Below are positions 1 to 11,272 of a DNA stretch of 64,000 nucleotides, one piece after another. The number at the start of each line of letters is the position of its first letter. Within the stretch, counting starts at the first letter, position 1. The notes under the pieces were generated by a model that saw only the letters and a program-made list of their open reading frames with translations, made no database searches and was not told where the DNA came from. The position numbers and the translations under genes were made by a program. The stretch is from Trichoplax adhaerens (taxonomy: Eukaryota > Animalia > Placozoa): positions 2,663,836 through 2,727,835 of the forward strand of contig NW_002060949.1 in assembly GCF_000150275.1 (NCBI RefSeq), given 5' to 3'.

Positions 1-443
1 TCTTTTAACTACAGGGTGGACTGCATTATATTACAGTATATCCTTTCTTGTCTTTAAAGTCAGGAATTCATAAACGATATGGCAATAGCAATTACCTGAT
101 TATCATTTTTAAACGATTGTGTTCCTACTAGAAATTGAATATGATCAATATCACCTACTACAGCACACAAGGCCCGCGCCTGTAAATAAAACAACAAGAA
201 CGTTAACATATTCACCTTGATATTCAAATTATTTACAGTAACATGACCATTTGCATCTTCTCCATACGAGTATACCACGTATTTATTTTATTTATCTATA
301 AAGCTGTACTGACTATTTAATATAGTTCAACAGTGAAGAGATGAACATGCCAACATAGATCAATATTTAGTCTTTAAAACGTTAAAGTGCTGCTATCATA
401 CCTGAAATTCTAAGCCATAAATTACTGCGGAATCGTCGTCCAT
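1..443 (-). CDS. EIPR1: EARP/GARP-interacting WD40 protein EIPR1 (TSSC1), 5' part; gene continues beyond the left edge
   Basis: Exon 1 443-402 (MDDDSAVIYGLEFQ|gtatg) and exon 2 179-96 (ARALCAVVGDIDHIQFLVGTQSFKNDNQ|gtaat) join in frame through a GT-AG intron. The product matches the recalled EIPR1 N-terminus (VIYGLEFQARAL...FLVGTQS.K.DNQ). Confidence 0.88.
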
Positions 444-3400
444 ATTGGTCTATACTGTACCGTACACTATATAGTATACACTCACTATACTGTACAGTAC
501 AATAATGATGTACGTGAAGTAGCATTCTCTTTAACGCATGCGTAAAGATTGACATTTCGCCAGCCGACAACACTATGTGCATAAAGGGCAAGGACACGTC
601 CGGTGTCGTACAGTCTGTACCGAGTGTGCAATACTCTTACTGTAGTCTACCATAGAACAGTACAGTACTGTAGTGTACTGTATGTGTCACACAAGTCACA
701 CTAACTTTGAGATACTGTATACAGTAATACTCAAAGATTTGAAGTCAATCTAAATCTGCTTCCGAATTTTATAAATAAATTAAATCAAATAACCCCACAA
801 ATACTCCGACAGAGTTCATCAAGATTAACAAGAACTTGTAAAAGTAGTCCTACTGTATTGCCATCGCTCTGTGAGGATTCAACAAGTTACTTCTCCGGTG
901 CAGAATCAGCCTCAGATTCAGGGCAATGGGGGGGGGGGCATCGTCATTCGATCAGAGTGGAATGCAATTTTGACTGATTTTGTTTCACAGCGACTATTGG
1001 GAAGCTAGTAATCATTATATCATTGTCGCACTAATTTCAAGCATCAATCAATAATACAGTAGATCTGATATCAAGTTCTACGCGCATAGTAGCAACGTGG
1101 TAATTTGTTACTGTAAATTTTCAATTACATCCTAATTCCAGTATCAATAAACGAATATGCTTACGTAAATATAGAGGCTAAAGGAAGTACGCGTAGCTGT
1201 CCTTCATGAAATCAATCTTTATGATAGTAGGCTTGTCGAGAGTATTAATTATGTAGCTCTAAGGTTACTAACGCAGTAAAATTATAATTTGAATTACGTA
1301 ACTCCTTACTTGAACATGACTATTCTAGAAAGTACTGCTGATATACATTTACTCTGCTTTCATAATTTTTCCGTGACATCAAATATGCAGGATATCAAGC
1401 GCTATTCTATTGCTACGAATTGAGTAGTTTTGATGATATTACAGTTAGAACCAAACACAAATAGGGACTAAACAATCTAAACCCAGTTACAGAGCGCAAA
1501 GTAGTAGATAATCCATATATGTAGAATTAACAATCTACTTTTAAAGTACATTACATATTGTAATTTAGTATTGCCATAGATATAAAGAAAACTTGTCAGA
1601 GCAACGAGCACTTATTATCTCATTTAGGATAATTTGTCAGCGTACAGCATGAATCAGGACAAATATTCTGTAATACCTAGTTGTGGCGTAGATACATGGA
1701 ATATCAATTTTAATTAGTTTACTAAGCGGCTTGGCAGTTCATACAGTACATATATAACTTGCAGTATATTTAAAATTAACACATGCCTCTGCAACTTATG
1801 CATAACTTTAGTTTTTGCTACATTGGTATATTCTAGAAGAACCCTTATACGTTACATTACATATGACCACTTGGGCAAAATGATATCGGTAAGTTTGACA
1901 CGATACCTGCTCGCAAATATTAACATTATTTCCGTTTATGTCGTTGTCAAAGATGTACAACATTACTTTTTGACTTTAATTCAATTGCTTTTATGCCTCT
2001 AAAAATCATTTAAATAGACTTAAATTAATTGCTTGTGCAGATCGTTGAGGCGTTTGTAATGCAATCGTGCGAATAAAATTATATATCGAAATTATTGATA
2101 TGCATAATAAGAACCTACAGTCATGCGAGCTAGGATGTATCAAACATGGCAAAGGTGTATAACTTTAGATGACATTAGTCTATTTGTGATGATGATTTAC
2201 TGCGATTGTTTACGAATAAAAACTCAATATATATGTAGAATTCATATAAAGCCTTTATTCCTCAAGTAAGTTAATTTACAATTAGTTAATTCACAACTTA
2301 ACCAATTTTCTATAAACGGATATATTTAGAGGATTTGGAACTCTAGTATTGACTTCTATTATCAAAAGTTAATTTGATGATAATAGCCTTTGTTAAGATA
2401 TTAGTTTTAAGAAATTTTTTATTTTGAATTCTAATTCGTATCTCTAAAGGTCATCAATCCATGGTGATTTTAATTATTTTGATATCACGCTGATTATATT
2501 GTAACATATGTTAATTTAGCCGCGAAGAAAAACAATGACATCTTGTGAATGCCCTATAAAATTTATCAAGGACGTAAATGAATGTAACTCCTTCCAATTT
2601 AACGCAATTAGTATCAAGCCAGCTAAATTAATTTGATATTAATAGGAGAGCAGTGACAGCTTTAAATAAAAATAAGTTTTCTTTAAAATGGACAACTATT
2701 CCTTATAGATATAAGTATTGAATTCCTATAAAATTCGAAATTGTGTATCACGTATCATCTATAAATACGTATGTATTATTGATGAGAACTTTTCAAAATA
2801 CAGTCAATACATAGCATGGAATATGTTAATTTTCACGAATAACATACCGCCTCATAGCAATGTGTGCAGATGTATTGTCCAAGGCTAAAGTTGGGCTATA
2901 TTGTTATATTGTTGTAGATGGTTTCTATGGAAACCACGCTGCGCAATGAGAAGGATTGAAGAATTTGTACCTAATAAAATCGATCTTATCCTGACATTGT
3001 ATTGCTAACTCCTACATTATAACAAGTACAATTTACGTTATTTGTCGTTTCATAATTAAAGGTTTGTCAGTTTGCTGTGATGCACAGCTGCAATGATTTC
3101 ATTGCAATAGGTACATCACTTTTCGTATGTTCTATGCTGACACAGTTTGAGAATAAAATTGGATAGGAATCGCTGCAAAATCTTGTAATAATTTGCGAAA
3201 AAAACGCTGTAAGTATTGCATATGACGCCTGTTGATTAAACTAGCTATATCACGTAAACGTTGTGTGCGATAGAAGCTGTGATTACACTAGCTATTTTCT
3301 GATTAATATATTTAGATAAATGAGGCATTGTCTGTTTAGCTTGTTTTAAGGAAATCTTATATTGATTTTTATCGATTTAAGGTAATAAACGAAAAGCTGG

Positions 3401-3474
3401 TCAAATAATTCGATTGAAAGGTAGAAATTATAAAAGACTTCATACACCTTTAGCAAGGATAGTGATCAACTAGA

Positions 3475-6400
3475 ATGGACATGGAAGGAGAAAATTCTGA
3501 ACAAGAAAAAGAAGAACAAAATATAGAGACAGGAAATTCGAACAAACAAAGTGATCAACGAAGCCCACATGACAGTAATAATATAGATAATCATGATGCC
3601 AATAGTATTGATAGAAGACAATCATCAATAGGAGAAGAAAGTTCCCTATCTGATAAGGTTTCTAATCTTGATGAAAAAGATCAAGCGGATGATCAAGGTG
3701 ATAACGTTAAAGAAAGTAGTGATGAAAGCCCAGAAGAAAAGGCAGATGAAGAACAGAAAATAAAAAGTGTAGATGGAAATGATGCTCTTCAGAATGGTAT
3801 TAATGCCGAACAAGACGATGATAAAAATAGCCAAGAAAAAACTGATAGAGTGAATCATGGCATGACGAACGGGGATAGAGAGGAACCTACTAACGATCAG
3901 CAAAATGACCATGGGACAGATGTTAAAAATGACGATGGGCAACAAATTGGCCAACAGGATCAAACAGCAGAAGCTGATAAACCACCGGATGGAAGTGGTC
4001 AAGTGTCAAAACCTAAACGCAAGCGACGACGGAATATCTTCATTTCGTACAGTTTAGATGCACCATTTACTGAAAGAAAGTTGGTTGCAGAGACCGTTAA
4101 ACAACTAAAAGAACTCGGTTTTCATGAAGATCTATGGTATGATAAAGATGAAATTGAGATAGATTCGCCATTGTGTTTTTCAATTAGGATGGAACAATCT
4201 GAGCGTTGCAAAGCTGCAGTATTATTTCTTTCGTCAAGTTATTTTCATTCACGAGCATCATTTTACGAATATAACACCTTAATTCAGCGACATCGTTTAG
4301 CAACAACACAGGCTACGCCATCTGACACCAGACCAATTAAATTATGTGTTATCATTTGCGAACCGTTTAATTTCCCGAACGATATTAGTTATATTTCATC
4401 AGATCAAGTTATTTTGCGGTTAGATGGCAATTCTATGTCGAGATTAAGCATAGCTGAAAAGGCATCTGCTGCAATTGGGACCTTGACTAAAGTTTTAGAA
4501 CCATTTTGTTCGGGTATAGCAACTCGTTTACCTACGCCACCTTCACGGCATGGCCTGTCAGACAGCTATAAAGTAACTAAATTATTAAAATGGTCAGTCG
4601 ACGACGTTCAGGAGTGGCTAACAAGTTTGCAAATTCATGAACGCTATATGATGACATTTGAAGAGTATCGCATCGATGGTTACTTGCTAAGTTGTTTAAC
4701 AGATGATGATCTCATCCAGCAATTCGGCATAGATAGTCGAATAACAAGGAAAAAATTACTACAAAAAATACGAGTGGAATTAGAAAACGAAGTTAAATCG
4801 CCAAATAATTGGTATTTACGATGGCATTGGGCTAGAATACGAGATAATAGTGTTTATATAATTTACGATCCGATGGACAAAAAAGTTGTTCGTTCACTAG
4901 TTGAGGATTTATCGAAAAAGCATTATCAGGTATTGCATTAGTGATCTAAGTGCGTCTCATTTACGTACTACAGTAATAACAGTTTTAATTAAATATCTTT
5001 ATCATGGTTATCACTATATAGAAGTAACATTGGCCATTATACAGTAGTACAGTAATATAGTTTTTATTCTTATTCAATGCCATAATTATTATCAGTTTAT
5101 TTCTGATTGATAGCGTATACGTTTTTCTTAGAAATATTTATATGTTTAGTAATTATTATCTGCATCCCCAATTTTAGATACTGGCCCATGATAAATTAGG
5201 GCGATCGAAGGAAGAATTTATTCGTTTTAATGGTCACCGATTAGCCGTATCCAAGCATGTTGTAATTGTATTGACAGCTACATCCGCAGCATCACCATTT
5301 GTCTATCAAGAAGTATTATTAGCCGATTGGTTGGGCAAAACACCAATCTCTATGGTTTTTCATAATTGCTATAACAACATGAAATTATCATTACGGTCAA
5401 TACTAAATGATCGCTCTGCGGTTGATTTCCAACATACTCCGTATAATGATGCTATGGATGTCTTATTTTTCAAATTACATTCTGGTTCACATCTTCATGG
5501 CGTTTACTTACAGCAAGACTACATCGAACGAGTTAATGATAATATGAAAACGCTACAGTCGATAGGATCGCCAGGTAAGCTTATGATACTAGGTAATATA
5601 CGTCAAATCATCACGTCAGAGGAAATATTGCTTTTACACTAAATAAATATCTGACTAATATGTGCTGATTGATTAATTAATTAAGACCTTTCCTTAACTT
5701 TATTAGAAGGTCAATCATTTACAGACAAGGATCCGGTTGTTTTTATATCGTATCAATGGGATAGCCAGTCTAAAGTAGTACTATTGAAAGAACAATTGGA
5801 AGCAAATGGTATTCCTTGTTGGATAGATAGGCCGAATATTACAATTAATAAGAATCAGATGTCCTCGCATACAGGACATAATAGAACATCCGGTAAGAAC
5901 ATAAAGTTGCCTTTGTTTTTAGATTTCTTTCTGATATTGCAATGTTGAGGTATCTTTTGATTTCAGCTATTTATGTAGCCACTTACTAGAACCTATTAGA
6001 CTATGTCGTTAATTTAGTATATATATATTACTTTATAATTGACAATATAACGGAGCTTAACGATGATTTCTTTTGAACATGAACTAGCTTTAATTAGAAA
6101 TACCATACGGTAGTATTTAGAAATATTTTATGTAATCTCTTAGGATCGTGGGATACAGTCTTTTATATTATCCGAAAAATTAAGCAGTATTTTATTTATT
6201 AAAGTCACCTACCAGCCTATTATAAAAAGTGAAAGTGATCACGATACATAGTAGAGAAGCATTTGCTATATAAGCTTAATTTAGCATTAGCGTATTGCAA
6301 AGTACAGTATTGTTACAGTAGTGCTCAGGTATAACTCATAGTTATCTTATTGTTCATGCTACGTTGCTAAACATTCAATACAGTCCATAATTATGGACCA

Positions 6401-6893
6401 TACTGTACATTTATCAGCTAGGATTCAATGTATTGCATGTATTAGTATATCTGGAACAAAAAGCAGCCTTAAATATACTTAAAAGCCTAATAAACTCGGT
6501 TCTATTTCATGAATAGGTATGGCATCCTCTCTTTCCAATAACATGACAAATATTGTGACAGATACTATTCAAAGTGAAATTCAAAGAGTCATGAAAAACT
6601 GCAAAGTAGTACTTTGCTGCATGACACCTAAATATACGAGATCGGATAATTTCTATAAAGATTTGGCATTAGCCGATTCTCTTTCCAAGCCAATCTTGCC
6701 TGTAATGTTACATTTTATGCCATGGCCGCCAGAAATTGCTGCACTTCATCTTCGTAAAAACCTGGCTAGCTTAGAATATATCGATATTAGCAGTGAGAAA
6801 TTATTTAGAAGAAATTTTGCTACCGTAATTAACCAAATTCAGCGCCACCAATCACAAACTATGGCGGTACCAAAACTGCCACCACTGAAATAA
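3475..6893 (+). CDS. TIR-SAM-TIR-TIR protein with acidic disordered N-terminus (~804 aa, 4 coding exons)
   Basis: Exons 3475-4929, 5178-5574, 5707-5892 and 6517-6893 are GT-AG and phase-consistent (2415 nt). TIR1 begins NIFISYS..LWYD..LFLSSSYFHSRASFYEY. SAM: WSVDDVQEWL..IDGYLL..LTDDDL..FGI. TIR2: VYIIYD..VVIVLTATSAASPFVYQEVLLA. TIR3: VFISYQWDSQ..CWID..CKVVLCCMTPKY. Confidence 0.85.
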
Positions 6894-8154
6894 TGCAGTG
6901 CGAATTTTAAATGTATGAATTTTTCTAATAATTATTTTGAATACACATTATGTTCGACATTATTTTATTTCTATATAAAGACTTTAATGTATACTGATTA
7001 CTTGTATCAGAAACTATCAAGAGAGTAGCTCATACTAATATCTAAGCTAATTTGCTGAAACTTAGTTATAAATTTTATATTGGAATATGGCGGAAAATAG
7101 CTAATTCCGGATTTAAAAATTAAAGTCAATATTGCATTATAATTTTTTTGATAATACTAGTAATGCATAATAGAAATTTTGAGAACACTTTTTGTATAGT
7201 GAAATCCAAGTTATGTTTTAACATTTCAAGTAGTAAAATATGCATATCTTACTCGAAGAGATTATTATTGGAGATTGCTTAGACACTACCATATGTATTA
7301 ACCTCATCCCAAGCTTAAAAATAACAATTTAATATTACACTACATTGTATATAAATTATTTTTAATCATGTTGCTACATTAAATTTATAATATTTCAAGC
7401 GCTGTATAATAAACTAGTACTAAACTTAGTAAATGCACTGAATCAGATAGGGTTTATTTTGCTTCGACGTTAGTATTGAGAAACAGGAAAATAAAATGGT
7501 TACAGCTCTCTACAAGTGTTTAATCATATGACATTGATATTTAATGTATCGCATACATGTATTAATGGAAGCATGAAATTCCTTTAGGCTTCACTTAGAG
7601 CGTTAGCTTAGGACTGTACATTTACCAGTTATAATATTACTTGATCACTCTTTTTGCATTTTTATCTTAAATCCTGTTACTTATGTATGAATCTATGATT
7701 TATTTATCATTAAGATTATTAGTTTATAGTATTAGATTTATAGCTTATTGATTCCCTTTAGCAAATGCTATATTAAGTTTAGTTTTTCTTCTACATTATC
7801 TACTAGTATCAATAATTTAGAATATTTGTTGAATGCTAAAATGTTCACTGAATTTCTAACATGACTCTTTAAGAACCAATCACAATTAAGTAGGCTAAAT
7901 TTCTCCGAATGCTTTAATTTTATACCATCAACAATTTTATATTTTAGTTGAAAAAGAGCGTTTTATTGAACGGAATGATAGATACATACAGTTATATTAA
8001 TAGATTTATGTATTTGCTACACTTCCTTTAAGATATCTATTTAGTACAATTTAAATTAGGCTTAGACAATATAGAATCCTATGATACATTAATTATAATC
8101 CATAGAGTACTGTATCTTAGCTTCATTTAAAAATGAAGTACGCGTAGGTTGTAC

Positions 8155-10260
8155 TTAAAGATTGTAGGGATCGTAGGTAACCCAATGAGCGGTATCTCGT
8201 TTTGATTTTGTTGGTCCACTCTTAGTGAAAATGGATTTAAAAGTTTTCGACTTTGGTTTTAAGTCATTCTTATCCATGATATCTTTTGTAGCACTAGCAG
8301 CACCATAAATAACAGCGTCGTTAACGTTACTATTGATTTTTCGAACTTTAGGCGTGATTTTATCGGAATTCGAAGGAGTTTTAGTAATGGGCTTATATAA
8401 CGAGGTTGGGTCAACTTCCTGAATTTTTCGTTTCTTCAACTAATGAAAATATAGATGGCTAGATTAGTTGAATTACTTAATTCCATGCAACAGCTTCTAT
8501 ATATTGCAATGGATGTAGATAACATCAAAGTATCATTATGATTAATTTAAGATATGCAGTATAAAAATTTTTTACCTTTTCTTTTTTAGCAGCTAATCGT
8601 CTCTCTTTCATCTTGCCATGAAGCTTTTCGACATCATTTTTGTCTCCATTAATGACAATAATATCATTATCATCGTATTCTTTGTTACACTATCCATAAT
8701 AGAAAATTAAAGCAAGAAAGTAGTCTTTCGCTTAGAAATAAGGATCACAAGGTGTTACAATGATAAATAATAGATATGAATGTAGCCATCAGTGTTACAA
8801 TATGTATTACCGATGGACACTTTTTAATTGGAATTTCTTTCAAGGCACGTTCTGATAAAACACAGCCACAATTCCATAGAAAGCAAAATCTGAATAAAAT
8901 CAAATTAATTTAAAAGGCGCAAAATTAGCATTATATTAAGTATTTTTAATAATACAGTAATTTATATATTTAATACCGATATCTGCCATTCATTTCAAAC
9001 CCAACTACCGGACAGATGAACTCTGAATCTTGATGATCATAATACGAATCGGCTACCCAACGCTTAGAATCATTCTCGCTATAAGCTGGATTGATTGCTA
9101 GCTTTAATTCTTTTACATCCTAAGGATTATATAAATTGCAATGCAACGGCTTTAATTCACGAGTTCATCATGGGTGACCAAATACAATATACTGTAGGTG
9201 CGTATACATTGTAGATATCGTTTAGAATTGAGATTAATTAGGTGTATATCAGTGTACGTAAGTATAGTATATGTGCTAAAAATTTAACAATTTTATAAAT
9301 CATCGCATAGGAACAAACCTTTAAACCACGAATGTGAGGGCAGTTATCAGAACTTTCTTTATCTAGTAGGTATTCAATAATGGCGTCTTTGTTATACAAT
9401 CTGTAATTAAAATGGAGTTATCATGACCATTTGGGTTTCATAAATAGGCTTGATACCAACAAGCAACAGCACATATACCCAGCAATGCGTAGAGTATATC
9501 GTAAACATACGATTTACTGAAGAGTCATTATCATCACGGTAGAACAGCGGTAACTAGTTTAAATTGCCTATTCTTATTATGCTACAGAAATGTTTACTAG
9601 TGTATTTGTACCGGCTAGCTATATTCTGATTGCGATATATGAAATAAACCGAAGATACTATAATAACAAAACAGTGATATTTATGCTTTGCACTTCGGGT
9701 TCAACCCGATTTGTACTGGAGTTCGCTGCAACAATGTAATACGGCATAAACACAGAGGTACAATTTGATAAGGGATCAGTTTGTTGTAAACTAAGCCAAG
9801 AGTATTTTAGAATTTCACTAACTTCCACGATAATTTTGTAATGATAGTCTACAGTACGCATTGCATTGCAAGATTCTACAAAACTTGTATATGTATGCAT
9901 CTAGTTGGCAATGCGTTAGCGTATATAGCATACTTTCCAAGCTCACATCCAACCATTGGCAGCTGCAGGTGTTGCTGTGTGATTGTACAATGACGCCATC
10001 GCGCTTGTAGCTCGTAGTCTTTCTCAACCTAGAGTCCATTTTTATCGCCATTAGTACGTTATAAATTAATTAATCATTCAGTCAAGGTCTCGTCTGCAGT
10101 AAGTTGTACAATCTCGCTTACAGTATACCAAACTGGTAAGATACTATATCTTAATCCAAGTACGTTATGGATAAGTAAGAGGCTATCCTACCTTTTCGGG
10201 TTTCTTTTTAGTTTTCACCAGTTCACCTCGACGTGGTATGGAGCCACCATCATTTCCCAT
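8155..10260 (-). CDS. RTF2: Replication termination factor 2 (Rtf2/C20orf43), 7 exons
   Basis: Exon 1 10260-10192 encodes the diagnostic MGNDGGSIPRRGELVK. Exon 2 10028-9934: WRHCTITQQHL..GCELGK. Exon 3 9400-9319: LYNKDAIIEYLL. Later exons give FICPVVGFEMNGRYRFCFLWNCGCVLSERALKE. The last exon, 8439-8155, ends FKSIFT..AHWVTYDPYNL*. Confidence 0.93.
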
Positions 10261-10526
10261 CTTGTTTCCACCAAGCTTTAAGTCTGCTAAAGATGCAGTT
10301 AGGAAAAAAGGAAGAAATAAAATGATAGAAATTGGCGTACTAATGATAAGTTCTAAACAGTAATATAATAACGGGCATACAGAACAGTATAGCGTGGAAT
10401 CGTATTACCGTGCAGTACAGTACAGTACAGTGTACAGTACGTCACATACTGTACAATACAGTAGTATGTACTGTAGTAACTTGTAACCTCGTTTGCAAAT
10501 GTCAATTACAGTAGTGTAATCTCGTT

Positions 10527-10586
10527 CCGTTCCATATCGTACCGTTCCATATCGCACCGTTCCGTACCGCATTGTTCCATACCGCA
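10527..10586. repeat. 15-bp minisatellite, 4 copies
   Basis: ccgttccatatcgta / ccgttccatatcgca / ccgttccgtaccgca / ttgttccataccgca. It explains the RYGTV-repeat ORF at 10405-10599. Confidence 0.9.
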
Positions 10587-10735
10587 CTGCAAATTGCAAT
10601 GCACGCTCTAAAAGCTGTAATCACAGTTCTGTACATACTATACTGTACTGGAGCGTGGGTCTAAAGCTAGTGAGTACTTACTTACTGAGTAGTCCAGTAC
10701 TATACAGTGTACTGTACCATCGACTGCAGTACTAC

Positions 10736-11035
10736 ACTAGAAGAAGACTTGGACTTGACCTGACTGTCAGGCCTAAGTCGGTCTGTCTGTCTTGGACTGA
10801 TTAGTGATCACTCGCATCGCATCGCACGGAAGCAGATTCTACAGTATCTACTGTACAGTGTACTGTACAGTGTACAGTACAGTACTAGAAGAAGACTTGG
10901 ACTTGACCTGACTGTCAGGACTAAGTCAGTCTGTCTGTCTTGGACTGATCACTGATCAACTGATCAGTGATCACTCGTATCGTACAGTACGGAAGCAGAT
11001 TCTACAGTACCGTATCTAATGTACAGTGTACAGTA
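10736..11035. repeat. Direct duplication of a ~148-bp palindrome-containing module
   Basis: actagaagaagacttggacttgacctgactgtcagg..ctaagtc.gtctgtctgtcttggactgat..cggaagcagattctacagta occurs at 10736 and at 10884. Confidence 0.9.
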
Positions 11036-11272
11036 TAGTACTGTACTCTAGATATCTACTGTATTCGTACTGTACAGTACTGTACTGTAGATAGTATCGT
11101 CAAGAAAAAGGTAAACAATCTGCGGTGTCGATTCCGACGACCATCGGAAAATCATCTTCATATAAACAAGTTATCTGTGAGATTTTATTAAGCATCAAGG
11201 GCGCTGATGTGCTGCACCGAGAGGTATTTAGAGGCCGATAAGGTACGAATTCAATGGACTTGAATAAATGAA

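Larger units (their letters stand above)
10261..11272. promoter_or_regulatory. Probable bidirectional promoter and 5'UTRs shared by RTF2 and NME6
   Basis: About 1 kb between divergent start codons; dense in TACAGTAC/GTACTGTA words and contains the two repeats listed next. Transcription start sites are not visible from sequence. Confidence 0.55.

Noticed and set aside
3646-4002. Hydrophobic 118-aa minus-strand ORF
   Set aside because: It is an antisense shadow of the acidic leader of the TIR-SAM gene.
10405-10599. RYGTV-repeat ORF
   Set aside because: It is a translation of the 15-bp minisatellite and TACAG words in a non-coding upstream region.
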